Assembly: GCA_002269645.1 (NCBI GenBank)
Contig: NIVC01000108.1
Span: 310,001-374,000, forward strand
Length of the DNA: 64,000 bases
Direction of reading: 5' to 3'
Source: Macrostomum lignano
Taxonomy: Eukaryota
Part shown: one piece after another, positions 47,421-57,179 of the stretch
Position numbering within the stretch: position 1 is the first letter of the stretch
How the letters are laid out: each line of letters opens with the position of its first letter
Position numbers and translations under genes: made by a program
The notes under the pieces: generated by a model
What the model was told of the DNA's origin: nothing
The model's input: only the letters and a program-made list of their open reading frames with translations
The model's database searches: none

Positions 47421-50400
47421 ATCGTGAGCACATGTTAGCGTAGGCGGTTCAGAAAGCTACAGATAAAACTGTCTCATTCCATTTTTCCGGTCGCTAATTG
47501 CGATAAGTTCAGACTGCGCCCCGCCCCTCCAGATAACTCTGGCTCCGGACTGCCGCGCTGCAGTCGCCGTGTTTGCTGAGCCCTCCAATCTTCTAGAGTC
47601 CTCTTGAGAGGCGGAGGTCCTCACCAGTTGCCATGCAGGCGGGCCAGCAGCATATTTGCTTAATTATCAAAACGCTGCGCGCAGTGGACTGTCGCAATTT
47701 CGTTTAAACCGCCAGTCGGCGACCTCTTTAGCCTCAACTGTGAGTGGCCGTCTCCACTGCGCTGCCTCGCACCTCTGTCAGTCTGCTCAAGTGTGCCGAC
47801 CCCGCCCCGGCCTCTGATTGATCCCAGCTCAAAAATCGCTGACCATCTTGAGTCCACTCGGATCGTTAGCCGTTGCCCCCTGGGGGCGAAGAGGCTGGGA
47901 AAAGCGGTTGCCAAGTGGGGGGGGGGCCGAGACTGCTGTCGACCTCCGCCTACCCTCAGTGCACTCGGCCCAGTGTTTCCGGGCCGCATGAGAGTGATCG
48001 ATCGCTGCTGTCCCGCAGCTGCCCGTCCGCCCGACTCGCTGCGCCTCACACTGGGGGGGCGGCCCTGCAGCTGAATGTGTGAGAAGGCGGCTGCTACAGG
48101 TACAGTGCGATGGAATGCACCACTGCCGCAGAATGCCATGAATATGAATGTCTGTGCATCGGCTATCTCCGCACAGCCGCAGCTCTGCACACTGGGGGAC
48201 GGTCTAATCTCCATCCGAATCTCGCCCACAGGCCTCTGGATAGCAGGCCGGGATCCGGCGCTGCATCTCTGCTGCTGCTCCCGGAGCTGGAATTTTTCTG
48301 CTTCTGCTGTGCAGCGGCACAGGATATTGGCCCCTGTTGCCGAGCCTCGCTTAACTTCCGGTTCTGGGGGATCAGGGAGTTGGCTATTTCTCACGAGCGG
48401 GCCCGGGAGTCGAGAGCACTGCTGGCTGTTGCTGCTGGGGGAAGCGGCGGATCGCGCTTGAGCAGCAAAAGTGCAATCCGGATTTGGGAAGTGAAAGGGA
48501 GGAGAGGTCGAGATCGGGGGGAGGCAAGCGGGCTTGGGAGCGGGATATCGGGGAGCATGGGGAATTGGGATTCCAGAGCCGGCGGGTGTACTCGGGGCCC
48601 CCGGCCCATGCAGATAGAATCTGTTCCCAGGCGGAACCCGGCAGTTGGATGCTCAGCTGGCCGGTCTCTTCTCCCATTGTCCACGCCGTCATCCCGCGGA
48701 TTAGCGCCGCTGCCGCCGCGAAATCCCCGTCGGGGACGCGAGAGCCACGCGGGGATTGCGAGCGGCGCGGAAAACCACGAGAGGGGGGGGGGGAGAACGC
48801 CGGGGCAAAAAAATTGGGATGAAGCTCTGCAGCAGCCGTGGCGGCGATTGCTTTGCATATTCCAATCTGCGATGTCTTCGGCCCTGCTGGAGAAATTGAT
48901 ACAGCGGCGCCGGCTTCCGCATTGCTTCGCACCCTGAGAGAGAGAGAGGGGGAACGGAGAACGCTTGAAAATTAGCAGTGCGTGCCGCTGTTTGCAGAGG
49001 AGCGCCAGCGCTGGGTATTGGAGTTGTGCTGGGGTCTGCTGTGAAACTCGAGAGAGATAGGGCTGGCTTGTGTTGGGGGGGGGGTCTGGACCGAGCTGTG
49101 AGAGGCTCCGAGCACGAGTCTCGAGACTCGCATGAGGCACGTGCAAACCTGCGGCCCAGCTCGCAGTCACTCCTCACCTCCCCAGCTGCATCGGGGGTCA
49201 ACCTCTCGGCTGTTCCCTCCCGCACTTCCCCCTCTGCATTCCGAATTCCCAGCACCTTTGTGTGTGTCCCCTTCCTTCCCGCGTGTCCGCGGCCGTCCCA
49301 CGCAGAGCCGCCTCTGCCCCTCCACCGACAGCCTCGGATGCTGCGCAGCCTGGCCAGAGCTGATGGAGAGCGGGGAGAGTCCGCACCCCCCGCCCGCGTG
49401 TCTCCGCCGCCCGGAAAATGAGCTAAAAATGAGAGCGAAGATGAGGCGGCCGGCTCTGTGCGGCTGCAATCAGGATGGGTGGGGGAGCGCAACTCGAAGC
49501 CCCAGCCACTCTTTCTGCGGGAACATGTCCCAGCATCTGCGCCTCATCTCTCCACCCCTATCCGCCTATTTCTCTTCCCTCCATACCCAGGGCTATCCGC
49601 AGCCAACAGTCGAGGCTCGAGCTGAATCAGCTTCTCACAGTACTTGACAGCGGCCCGACACCCCGCCTCGCCCGCTGCCGGGTGTCATCGCCCAGCATCC
49701 TCTTCTTCGCCTCGAGCCCGTATCCAGCCGCTTGCCCGGGCCCCCCCGCCCCGCAACAAGCTGAGACCAGTCTGCTTTCGCATCTCTCTCCCTCTCTCGC
49801 CCCCGCCCTCCGCCTGAGCGCCCCTCTGTCGTAGGCGCTGCAGACTCGCCATTTGCTGCCTCCCTCCACCGGCCCGGTCAGAACCGGCGCAGGGGATTGG
49901 GGAGGAGGGGCAGATCCTCAGCTCCCCCGCTCTGTCCGCTCCGCCCTCCCCGCCCGCAGGCCGCGGCGACCCACCAGCAACCCCAGCTTCGACCCGTTTC
50001 TTAAGTCTTCCCTCGCCGACTCGCGGCCGGTCGGGAAACTTGTTCAGCACTGCAGCGCTGGCCGAGGGGCAACTCGGCTGAGAGCGAGCGAGAGGCTTCT
50101 TCCAGCAGACTCTGCGATCGGGACGGCCTGCAAACTCTCGCAACTTCTGGAGTCCAGCCAGCCGACGAGGTGGCAAGTGGAGGCCGAGTTGAGAATCCAC
50201 TTGGCATTTTGGAAGCTGAGTGAGTCTGCTTGCAACTGTTTACAAAGACTTAGTTCAAAGTTCATTCAAGCGAAGGCTCTGAGGCTGGTTCGCCAGAAAC
50301 TTGAAGCAGCTCCGTTGCCAATGCGCAAAAATAATCGTAGGCACTGACACGCAGCCCACACGAGAGATGGAGAGAGAGAGAGAGAGCTTCTCCTAGGAGA

Positions 50401-50803
50401 GCAAAGACTTCCTAAGAGAGCCCATGGCATTCTCCGGGCCCAGAAGTCCGTGGGTGAGCCGGTTTGCGCAGAGAAAAGTGCATCTTAGACCGGCATGTCG
50501 CCTTCCTGAGCTGCGGCACGGCAGGAAGTGGCGGGGGGGGGCGGGGAGCTGAAGACAGGGAGTGGGTCAAGTAGAGAGGAAATTATCCTAAGGGAGTTAT
50601 CATTAAGGGAATTTTATTGGCAGGCTTTCATTGGGGTTTGTAGTCGGGACTCGTTTATCATACCGTAACTTTTCGGGGGTAACGATTAGAGGGTATTTTC
50701 GTCAGGGCTTATCACGGGTGTTCTACAATATTTCTCAGGAGGCATTTTATGAGACTTTATCCTGAGATGGACATTTATGTGGGTATTTCGTCAGGAGTAT
50801 TTA

Positions 50804-51769
50804 TGTTGTGACCTGCGTCACAGTGCTCCCTTGGTGCAAGTGCACTTTGATAGTTGTTGACTTTGGTAGTTGATTATTGTTACCCCCCCCCCCCGGCTCA
50901 AGCCAGTCTGGAGCTATGAGCCCTTTGGCTGAGCCTCTGCTCTCTTTCTCTCTCTCTCTCGCCTTGGCTGTTTAGCCCTTTGGCTAGCCGTGCTGATTGG
51001 CTGGGCCTCTGCTCTCTCTCCCTCTCCCTGGCCGTGCGCGCTTTCACCCTCCCCTCGCCGCAGCCAATCAGCTGTCAATCAGCTCCATTGTTTAAGCCCT
51101 TTCTCCCCCCCCTTGTTTGCGCCCCTGCCCCTTTTTACTCGTTATTTAAGGCGACGCTCAGACCCCGCCCCTTTTCTCACCGTGCCTGCGCCCATTTGCG
51201 CCCACCGCGATAAATAAACGAACGTGACCAGCGATCAGCCGTAAAGACGGTCTCTTACTGCGAAGACTCAATTTATTGCAATCGATCGGCCTTCCCGTGT
51301 ATGAGTGCTATAATCGACCCGGCCCGGTAAGCTGTCGAGACAATTGCCTGTGTTCCTCGGGGTCGCTCTCCTGATCTCTCTCTCTCTCACTCTCTCCTCA
51401 GTCTGACTCACCAGGCTGTCGAGTGGCCGACCGCCCGCAGCCCTCTCTCTCTTCCTTGACTCACCAGGCTGTCGAGTGGCCGCCCGCCCACAGCCCTCTC
51501 TCTTTTCCTTGATTCACCAGGCTGTCGAGTGGCCGACCGCCCGCAGCCCTCTCTCTCTTCCTTGACTCACCAGGCTGTCGAGTGGCCGCCTGCCCACAGC
51601 CGCCCCTCCCCTCTCTCTCGACTTCTCAACCTTGACCTCCCCCCGAAGTGTCCGTACGCCTCGGGGTCGCCGATCGAGCTCGTAAGCCCTGGGCAGTCTA
51701 GTACCCGAACCCCGACACCGCTACCCGTCGCCCAACCCGGCCGTGCCAGCGAGGAAGGGGGATACAACA
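50804..51769 (+). repeat. 5' LTR (966 bp)
   Basis: TG...CA ends; four copies of an internal 53-bp repeat (51405, 51458, 51511, 51564). Confidence 0.96.
51238..51280 (+). other. Spliced-leader-like sequence within the 5' LTR
   Basis: GCCGTAAAGACGGTCTCTTACTGCGAAGACTCAATTTATTGCA matches, from memory, the Macrostomum lignano SL exon lacking only its terminal TG; TAAATAAA at 51211-51218. Confidence 0.8.
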
Positions 51770-51770
51770 T

Positions 51771-51788
51771 TGGCGCCCGAACAGGGAC
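51771..51788 (+). promoter_or_regulatory. Primer-binding site complementary to tRNA-Lys(UUU)
   Basis: TGGCGCCCGAACAGGGAC, 1 nt after the LTR; this is the classic 18-nt tRNA-Lys3 PBS sequence. Confidence 0.92.
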
Positions 51789-51812
51789 TGCTCAGTTTGC
51801 TTGTGAGCTGTC

Positions 51813-52793
51813 ATGGCGAATGTGGACGAACTGATTCGGCTGCTAGCCGAGCGTCTGCGAGCGGATGGACCAGCCCAGCCACCGAGACTCCCGAAGCCCG
51901 TGAAGTACACGTCAAGCATGAATTTTCGACTCTGGCTGCGCTCTTTCAACGCTTATTGCGACTCCGCCGAGATTGACGAGGAGCATCGCCGCGAGCACTT
52001 GATGAGCATGCTGGATCTCGCTACGGCGTACGCTGCGGTCGATAATCTGAACCTGCCGGGACCCGACGATCCTGTGGATCCGCTGGACTACGAGGGATTC
52101 ACCGCCCGGTTGGAGGCTCGCTTCTCCCGGTACCGGACAGAGCAGGACAGCAAGGTCGAGCTAAAAACCCGAGATCAGAAGGATGGCGAGTCGTTGGAGG
52201 CCTACGCAGATGCTCTCCTTGAACTGGTGCGCTGTGCCTACCCGGCGGCAACTGCCGAGCTGCAGGACGACCTCGCGAAGGATCGCTTCATGCAAGGTGT
52301 GAGACTCTCCGACCTCCAGCGAGAGAAGCTCTACCTGCAGCAGCCCGAAGGTCTGGTGGCAGCACAACGCGCGGTGAGGCAGCTCGAGGCGGCGTCCAAG
52401 GCGGCGAAGGGACCGAGATCGGCTGGAGCAACTGGCAGCGGCCACCGAGGAGTCTTCGTGGTGAGCGGCGCGGCGGAATCTGTGCCTCGGGAGGATGGAG
52501 CCTACTCCCAAGAAAAGGACAAAGAGCTCGAGGAGTTGAAGAAACTGGTGAGGCAGCTTCAAGGCAAAGTGGTTCAGCTCGAGTCGCTGAGAGCGGAACC
52601 GCATAGCAGCGCCGCAGCTCGACCGACCGACTCCGACGAAGGCGACCATCAGAAGCCTCGACGAACGGGAGGAATTCGCTGCTTCTTCTGCAACAAGCCA
52701 GGGCACATCGCGACTAACTGCCCAACCCGTCAGCAACAGGGAAACGGCAAGGGGAACTTCCGCAGGGGCGAGGGAGTTCCGCCGAGACAGTAG
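51813..52793 (+). CDS. gag: Gag (326 aa)
   Basis: Retrotransposon capsid-like region (LKTRDQKDGESLEAYADALLELVRCAYP) and CCHC knuckle CFFCNKPGHIATNC. Confidence 0.93.
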   Translation: MANVDELIRLLAERLRADGPAQPPRLPKPVKYTSSMNFRLWLRSFNAYCDSAEIDEEHRREHLMSMLDLATAYAAVDNLNLPGPDDPVDPLDYEGFTARLEARFSRYRTEQDSKVELKTRDQKDGESLEAYADALLELVRCAYPAATAELQDDLAKDRFMQGVRLSDLQREKLYLQQPEGLVAAQRAVRQLEAASKAAKGPRSAGATGSGHRGVFVVSGAAESVPREDGAYSQEKDKELEELKKLVRQLQGKVVQLESLRAEPHSSAAARPTDSDEGDHQKPRRTGGIRCFFCNKPGHIATNCPTRQQQGNGKGNFRRGEGVPPRQ

Positions 52794-52842
52794 AGGCCCC
52801 AACCCGAGACGAAGATGCAGCCCCGGAGCGACGTGCAGCAGG

Positions 52843-55800
52843 ATGCCGGCGGACTGCTCAAGAGATAGAGATCAACCTGCAACAGCTTTTAATCCCGTGT
52901 CAATCTACGTGTCGGTAAAAATTGGCGAGATTGAGTTGCCGTGTCTGTTGGATTCGGGCTCGGTCATGTCGCTGGTGAACGAGAGGACCTGGCGGCAGTT
53001 GAGCAAGTCGGTTCGAGTTGAACTCAGCCCTTCGGAAACCCACCTGATCTCAGCGAACGGAACTCCCATGAATGTGTTAGGATGCGCGTCGCTTCCCCTA
53101 CAGTTCGGATCAGAAACTTTACAGACGCCAATTGCGGTGGTCCAAGGGGTCGGCTACGAACTGTTGCTAGGCACCGACTTCTTACGCCGCCACCGGTGCC
53201 AAATCGATTTCGCCGGAGGAGTTTTCCGCGTGAACGGTTCACGTGTGCCAATCCGAGAGACCAAGCACAAACCAGTCGTCTGCCGGTTGTACCTGAACGA
53301 AAACTTGATCATTCCGGCCAATCACGAACGGACCGTCTCAGCCAGGATTCGGAGAACAGCGACACAGAATTCCGGAGTGCTTGGCGTCGCCGAGCCAGAC
53401 GAAAAACTGAAGAGCGATGAGAGACCAATGCTAGCCAGGAGCGTCTGCCTCATCCAGCAGGGCAACACCCTACCAGTTCACTTCGCGAATGTCACGGACT
53501 CCGAGCTGCGGCTGCGGAAGGGAGCTGTCATCGGCTGGTTTCGACCATCAGATCCGGCTCAAGAGGTTCTGGTAGCCAGCATCGAAGAGCAAGCGTCGGT
53601 TTTACGACCCAGCTGCGATCCATGGGACCCAGAGGCGGCACTGAACCAGCACGGCTCCAAGCAGCTCACGGGGGCAGACAAAGCGAGCTTCCTAAGATTG
53701 GTGAATCGATACGCAGATGTTTTCGCAGAGAGTACAGCGCGCCTCGGGACGACGGACATCGTGCAGCATGAAATTGAGACCACCGGAACAGCCGTAAAAC
53801 AGCCTCCGCGACGGCTACCGCCACATTGGCGCGGCGAAGTCGACCGACAAATCGACGAGCTTTTGGCAACGAAGATGATTGAACCGACCCAATCGCCGTG
53901 GAGTTCGCCAGTGGTCTGTGTCCGTAAGAAGAATGGGGAACTGCGACTGTGTGTCGACTACAGGGAGTTGAATCAACGAACTGTCAAGGACGCCATAGCA
54001 ATCCCGCGTGTCGATGACGCACTTGAAGCGCTCGGAGGTGCGGCTGTATTTTCGACGCTCGACCTGTGCTCCGGCTATTGGCAAGTTAAGGTCAAAAGGG
54101 AGGATCAAGAAAAGACTGCTTTTGTCATTCCGCATCGGGGGCAATTCGCGTTCAAGGTGCTGCCCTTCGGATTGACCAATGCGCCGGCGACATTCACAAG
54201 GTTGATGAATATGGTACTACACGACCTTCTGTGGAAAATGGCGCTCGTCTACATCGACGATATCATCATTTGGTCCCGAACTGTCAGCGAGCATCTAACG
54301 AATCTCGAGGCGGTATTCCAGCGCCTGCGCGCAGCCAACTTGAGGCTAAAGCCATCTAAGTGCAGATTCCTGGCCGATGAGGTCAAATTCCTTGGCCACG
54401 TCGTGTCAAAGGACGGAATCGATGTCGACCCGGAGAAGATCAAGGAAGTCCGTGACTGGAGCATTCCAAGAAATGCAAAAGACCTTCAGTCGTTCCTGGG
54501 TCTGGCTGGTTACTACCGAAACTTCATACCAGAATTCTCGATAGTCGCTGCACCACTTTTTGATCTGACAAAGAAAGACAAGCCGTTCAGTTGGAGAGAG
54601 GAACACGATGAGGCCTTCAAAAAGCTGAAAGAAGAATTGACCGGTTGCCGCGTGATGGCCTACCCGAACTTCGACCCCACGGCTGGTGAGTTCATCTTGG
54701 ATACCGATGGAAGTACCCGACAGGGTCTCGGAGCAGTCTTGTCGCAGGTACAAGAAGACGGGTCAGAGCGGGTTATTGCGTACGGGAGTCGGCGTCTGCA
54801 AGGGGCCGAATTCAACTATTGCACGACACGAATCGAGCTCCTGGCGCTGGTGACATTCGCAGAGAGGTTCCGGTACTATCTACTTGGCCGGAGGTTCCGG
54901 GTGCGCACCGACCACGCAAGTCTGCAGTGGCTCCGAAGTATGAGGCAGCCGGAAGGCCAGTTGGCTCGGTGGATGGAGAGGTTGGCGCCATTCGACTTCG
55001 CAGTGGAGCATCGGCCAGGGGCGCGTCATCAGAATGCGGACGCGCTGTCACGCAAGCCGCCGCGACGACATCCCGAAATGGATAACTGCCCGTCGTGCCG
55101 GACTGATGACCTCCCCGGGGTCAGGGTAACGACGCTGCTCGGGTTGCTCAGCCGAGATGAGCTGGCAGCAGCACAAGCTGTGGACAACGACATCGCTCCA
55201 GTTTACCAGTCGATGCACGCCGGCCGAGCAAACGAAGAGCCACCTGGGGGTGCGTCACCAACGACCCGAGCCATCTGGGCACAAAAGCCTCGGCTGGAAA
55301 TTGTGGACAACACCCTCGTCATCAAGGATCTGGGACATCACCCACCGCGGGCTGTTCTCCCGAAGAAATTGATCCCCGACGCTCTGCAGACGCTGCACTC
55401 TGGACCAGGAGGTGGACACTTCGGCGTAGCAAAGACTCTGGAGAAAGTCAGGAACCGATTCTGGAGACCCGGCTTGAAGCGAGAGGTCGAGGAGTTTGTG
55501 CGAAGGTGTGACGACTGTAACCGGAGCAAGCCCGGGATGCGGCGGAAGGCCCCATTGGAGCCGATTCCCAGCAGCCATGTGTTTGAAAGAGTGATGGTGG
55601 ATTTGATTGGACCACTGCCAACCAGCGTCCGAGGCAACAAATACATACTGACGATGCAGGACGCGTTCAGTAAGTGGCCAGTGGCAGTACCGGTGCCAGA
55701 TCAGACGGCCAGCACCTGTGCAAGGGCAATGCTCGAGGAGTGGGTCTGTCACTACGGAGCCCCAGGAACAATCCACTCGGATCAGGGAGCCAATTTCGAG

Positions 55801-56715
55801 TCGCAATTGATCGGCCAGCTGTGCGAAAGTCTGAATATCCGAAAGACGCGTACGACCGCCTATCACCCCTCTGGAAACGGCCAAGTGGAAAGCTTCAATA
55901 AGACGCTGACTGCAGTGATCCGGGCGCACCTGGTGAAGGAGCCGGATCAGAGGCGGTGGGACGAATTCGTTGCCCCGGCGCTCATGGCGTATCGCTCCAG
56001 TGTGCACCGCGGCACCGGCTACTCACCCTTCTTCCTTCTGCATGGTCGCGAGATGTCTCTGCCAGTTGACTTGGGAGTGGCGCGCCCACTGGACATCGAA
56101 CCGTACTGCGAGGAAGTCCAGAACCTGCGGGAGACGCTCGTGGAAGCCCATCGGGTGGTGCGTGAGAGAATAACGTCATATCAACGAGTGCAGAAAGACT
56201 GGTACGACCGGAAGGTGAAGGGTCGAGAATTCGTGGCTGGCGACGAGGTGTTTGTCTACAACCCCGTGTTGAAGGCCGGTGCCAAAGCGAAGCTCCACTC
56301 ACCCTGGACCGGACCTGCCGTAGTTCTCGAGAAGCTGTCGGAGACGCGCTATAGGATTCGACAGGAAGGTCGACGGAAGCCGATCAAGGTGGTGCACTTT
56401 AACAACCTCCTGCCTCGGTACCGGAAGTACCCGGTCGACGGCACCGGTGGCCCTCGGCGTCCTGCACCAAGGAGGTACCACCCAGGTCCTGCTCAAGAGA
56501 CGGAATCCGTCAGGGAGGACTCGCAGGAATCGGACGATGAGGATGAGGAGCGATGGTGGCGACATTCCGGGCGGGTTCGAGAGGAGGGAGAACCAATGGA
56601 TGTGCAGCAGCCAGGAGTGCAGCCGCAGCCGGAAGCGCCAGTTGAAGTCATCGAAGGTCGACCCCAGAGGGATCGAAGGGTTCCGCAGCGTTATGGAACG
56701 CCCGTTTATTATTAA
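52843..56715 (+). CDS. pol: Pol polyprotein: protease, RT, RNase H, integrase
   Basis: LLDSGS protease; RLCVDYRELN, LPFGLTNAPATF and YIDD for RT; RNase H LDTDGS..EL..DHASL; integrase HHCC (H..GGH..CDDC), DLIGP/SDQG/VESFNK and a GPY/F-like SPWTGP. Confidence 0.96.
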   Translation: MPADCSRDRDQPATAFNPVSIYVSVKIGEIELPCLLDSGSVMSLVNERTWRQLSKSVRVELSPSETHLISANGTPMNVLGCASLPLQFGSETLQTPIAVVQGVGYELLLGTDFLRRHRCQIDFAGGVFRVNGSRVPIRETKHKPVVCRLYLNENLIIPANHERTVSARIRRTATQNSGVLGVAEPDEKLKSDERPMLARSVCLIQQGNTLPVHFANVTDSELRLRKGAVIGWFRPSDPAQEVLVASIEEQASVLRPSCDPWDPEAALNQHGSKQLTGADKASFLRLVNRYADVFAESTARLGTTDIVQHEIETTGTAVKQPPRRLPPHWRGEVDRQIDELLATKMIEPTQSPWSSPVVCVRKKNGELRLCVDYRELNQRTVKDAIAIPRVDDALEALGGAAVFSTLDLCSGYWQVKVKREDQEKTAFVIPHRGQFAFKVLPFGLTNAPATFTRLMNMVLHDLLWKMALVYIDDIIIWSRTVSEHLTNLEAVFQRLRAANLRLKPSKCRFLADEVKFLGHVVSKDGIDVDPEKIKEVRDWSIPRNAKDLQSFLGLAGYYRNFIPEFSIVAAPLFDLTKKDKPFSWREEHDEAFKKLKEELTGCRVMAYPNFDPTAGEFILDTDGSTRQGLGAVLSQVQEDGSERVIAYGSRRLQGAEFNYCTTRIELLALVTFAERFRYYLLGRRFRVRTDHASLQWLRSMRQPEGQLARWMERLAPFDFAVEHRPGARHQNADALSRKPPRRHPEMDNCPSCRTDDLPGVRVTTLLGLLSRDELAAAQAVDNDIAPVYQSMHAGRANEEPPGGASPTTRAIWAQKPRLEIVDNTLVIKDLGHHPPRAVLPKKLIPDALQTLHSGPGGGHFGVAKTLEKVRNRFWRPGLKREVEEFVRRCDDCNRSKPGMRRKAPLEPIPSSHVFERVMVDLIGPLPTSVRGNKYILTMQDAFSKWPVAVPVPDQTASTCARAMLEEWVCHYGAPGTIHSDQGANFESQLIGQLCESLNIRKTRTTAYHPSGNGQVESFNKTLTAVIRAHLVKEPDQRRWDEFVAPALMAYRSSVHRGTGYSPFFLLHGREMSLPVDLGVARPLDIEPYCEEVQNLRETLVEAHRVVRERITSYQRVQKDWYDRKVKGREFVAGDEVFVYNPVLKAGAKAKLHSPWTGPAVVLEKLSETRYRIRQEGRRKPIKVVHFNNLLPRYRKYPVDGTGGPRRPAPRRYHPGPAQETESVREDSQESDDEDEERWWRHSGRVREEGEPMDVQQPGVQPQPEAPVEVIEGRPQRDRRVPQRYGTPVYY

Positions 56716-56742
56716 GAGCGGACGTGAGTGCGTGCGCAATGT

Positions 56743-56975
56743 CGCGTCATCTCCTGCGTCATAAATAATTGGTTCGAAGCATCATCCGCGTCATCACCTG
56801 CGTCATCAACATTTGGTTCGAAGCATCATCCGCGTCATCACCTGCGTCATCAACATTTGGTTCGAAGCATCATCCGCGTCATCACCTGCGTCATCAACAT
56901 TTGGTTCGAAGCATCATCCGCGTCATCACCTGCGTCATCAACATTTGGTTCGAAGCATCGTCTGCGTCATCACCC
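56743..56975. repeat. 44-bp tandem repeat between pol and ORF3
   Basis: CGCGTCATCACCTGCGTCATCAACATTTGGTTCGAAGCATCATC, about 5 copies. Confidence 0.92.
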
Positions 56976-57179
56976 GCGTTATTGAAAACTGGGCTCGTGT
57001 TATTGCCTCTGCTTCACAAACAAAAATATATATTTCCCCTCTTAAGGCCCGTCAGGGAGGTCCCACCTGCCCAACCCTGCCATCAGGGATGAAGGATCGG
57101 CGCCCCAAAGAGGCTCGAAGGAACCATTGCCCTGCTCTCAAAAGTGAGTCGTGGTTGTTGCAGGCACTGCTTTCCGGGC

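Noticed and set aside
47400-50560. Numerous 100-275-aa ORFs in a GC-rich block
   Set aside because: They overlap on both strands, lack the GC3 codon bias and domains of the real genes, and are interspersed with GA-runs; probably regulatory or UTR sequence.
51238-51400. A functional SL RNA gene inside the LTR
   Set aside because: The leader is followed by ATCG, not ATG|GT, so there is no donor at the SL end, and I see no Sm-binding site downstream; it is a mimic or captured copy, not an SL donor.
56400-56715. Chromodomain at the integrase C-terminus
   Set aside because: The tail after the GPY/F-like motif is low-complexity and acidic, without chromodomain aromatic-cage residues.
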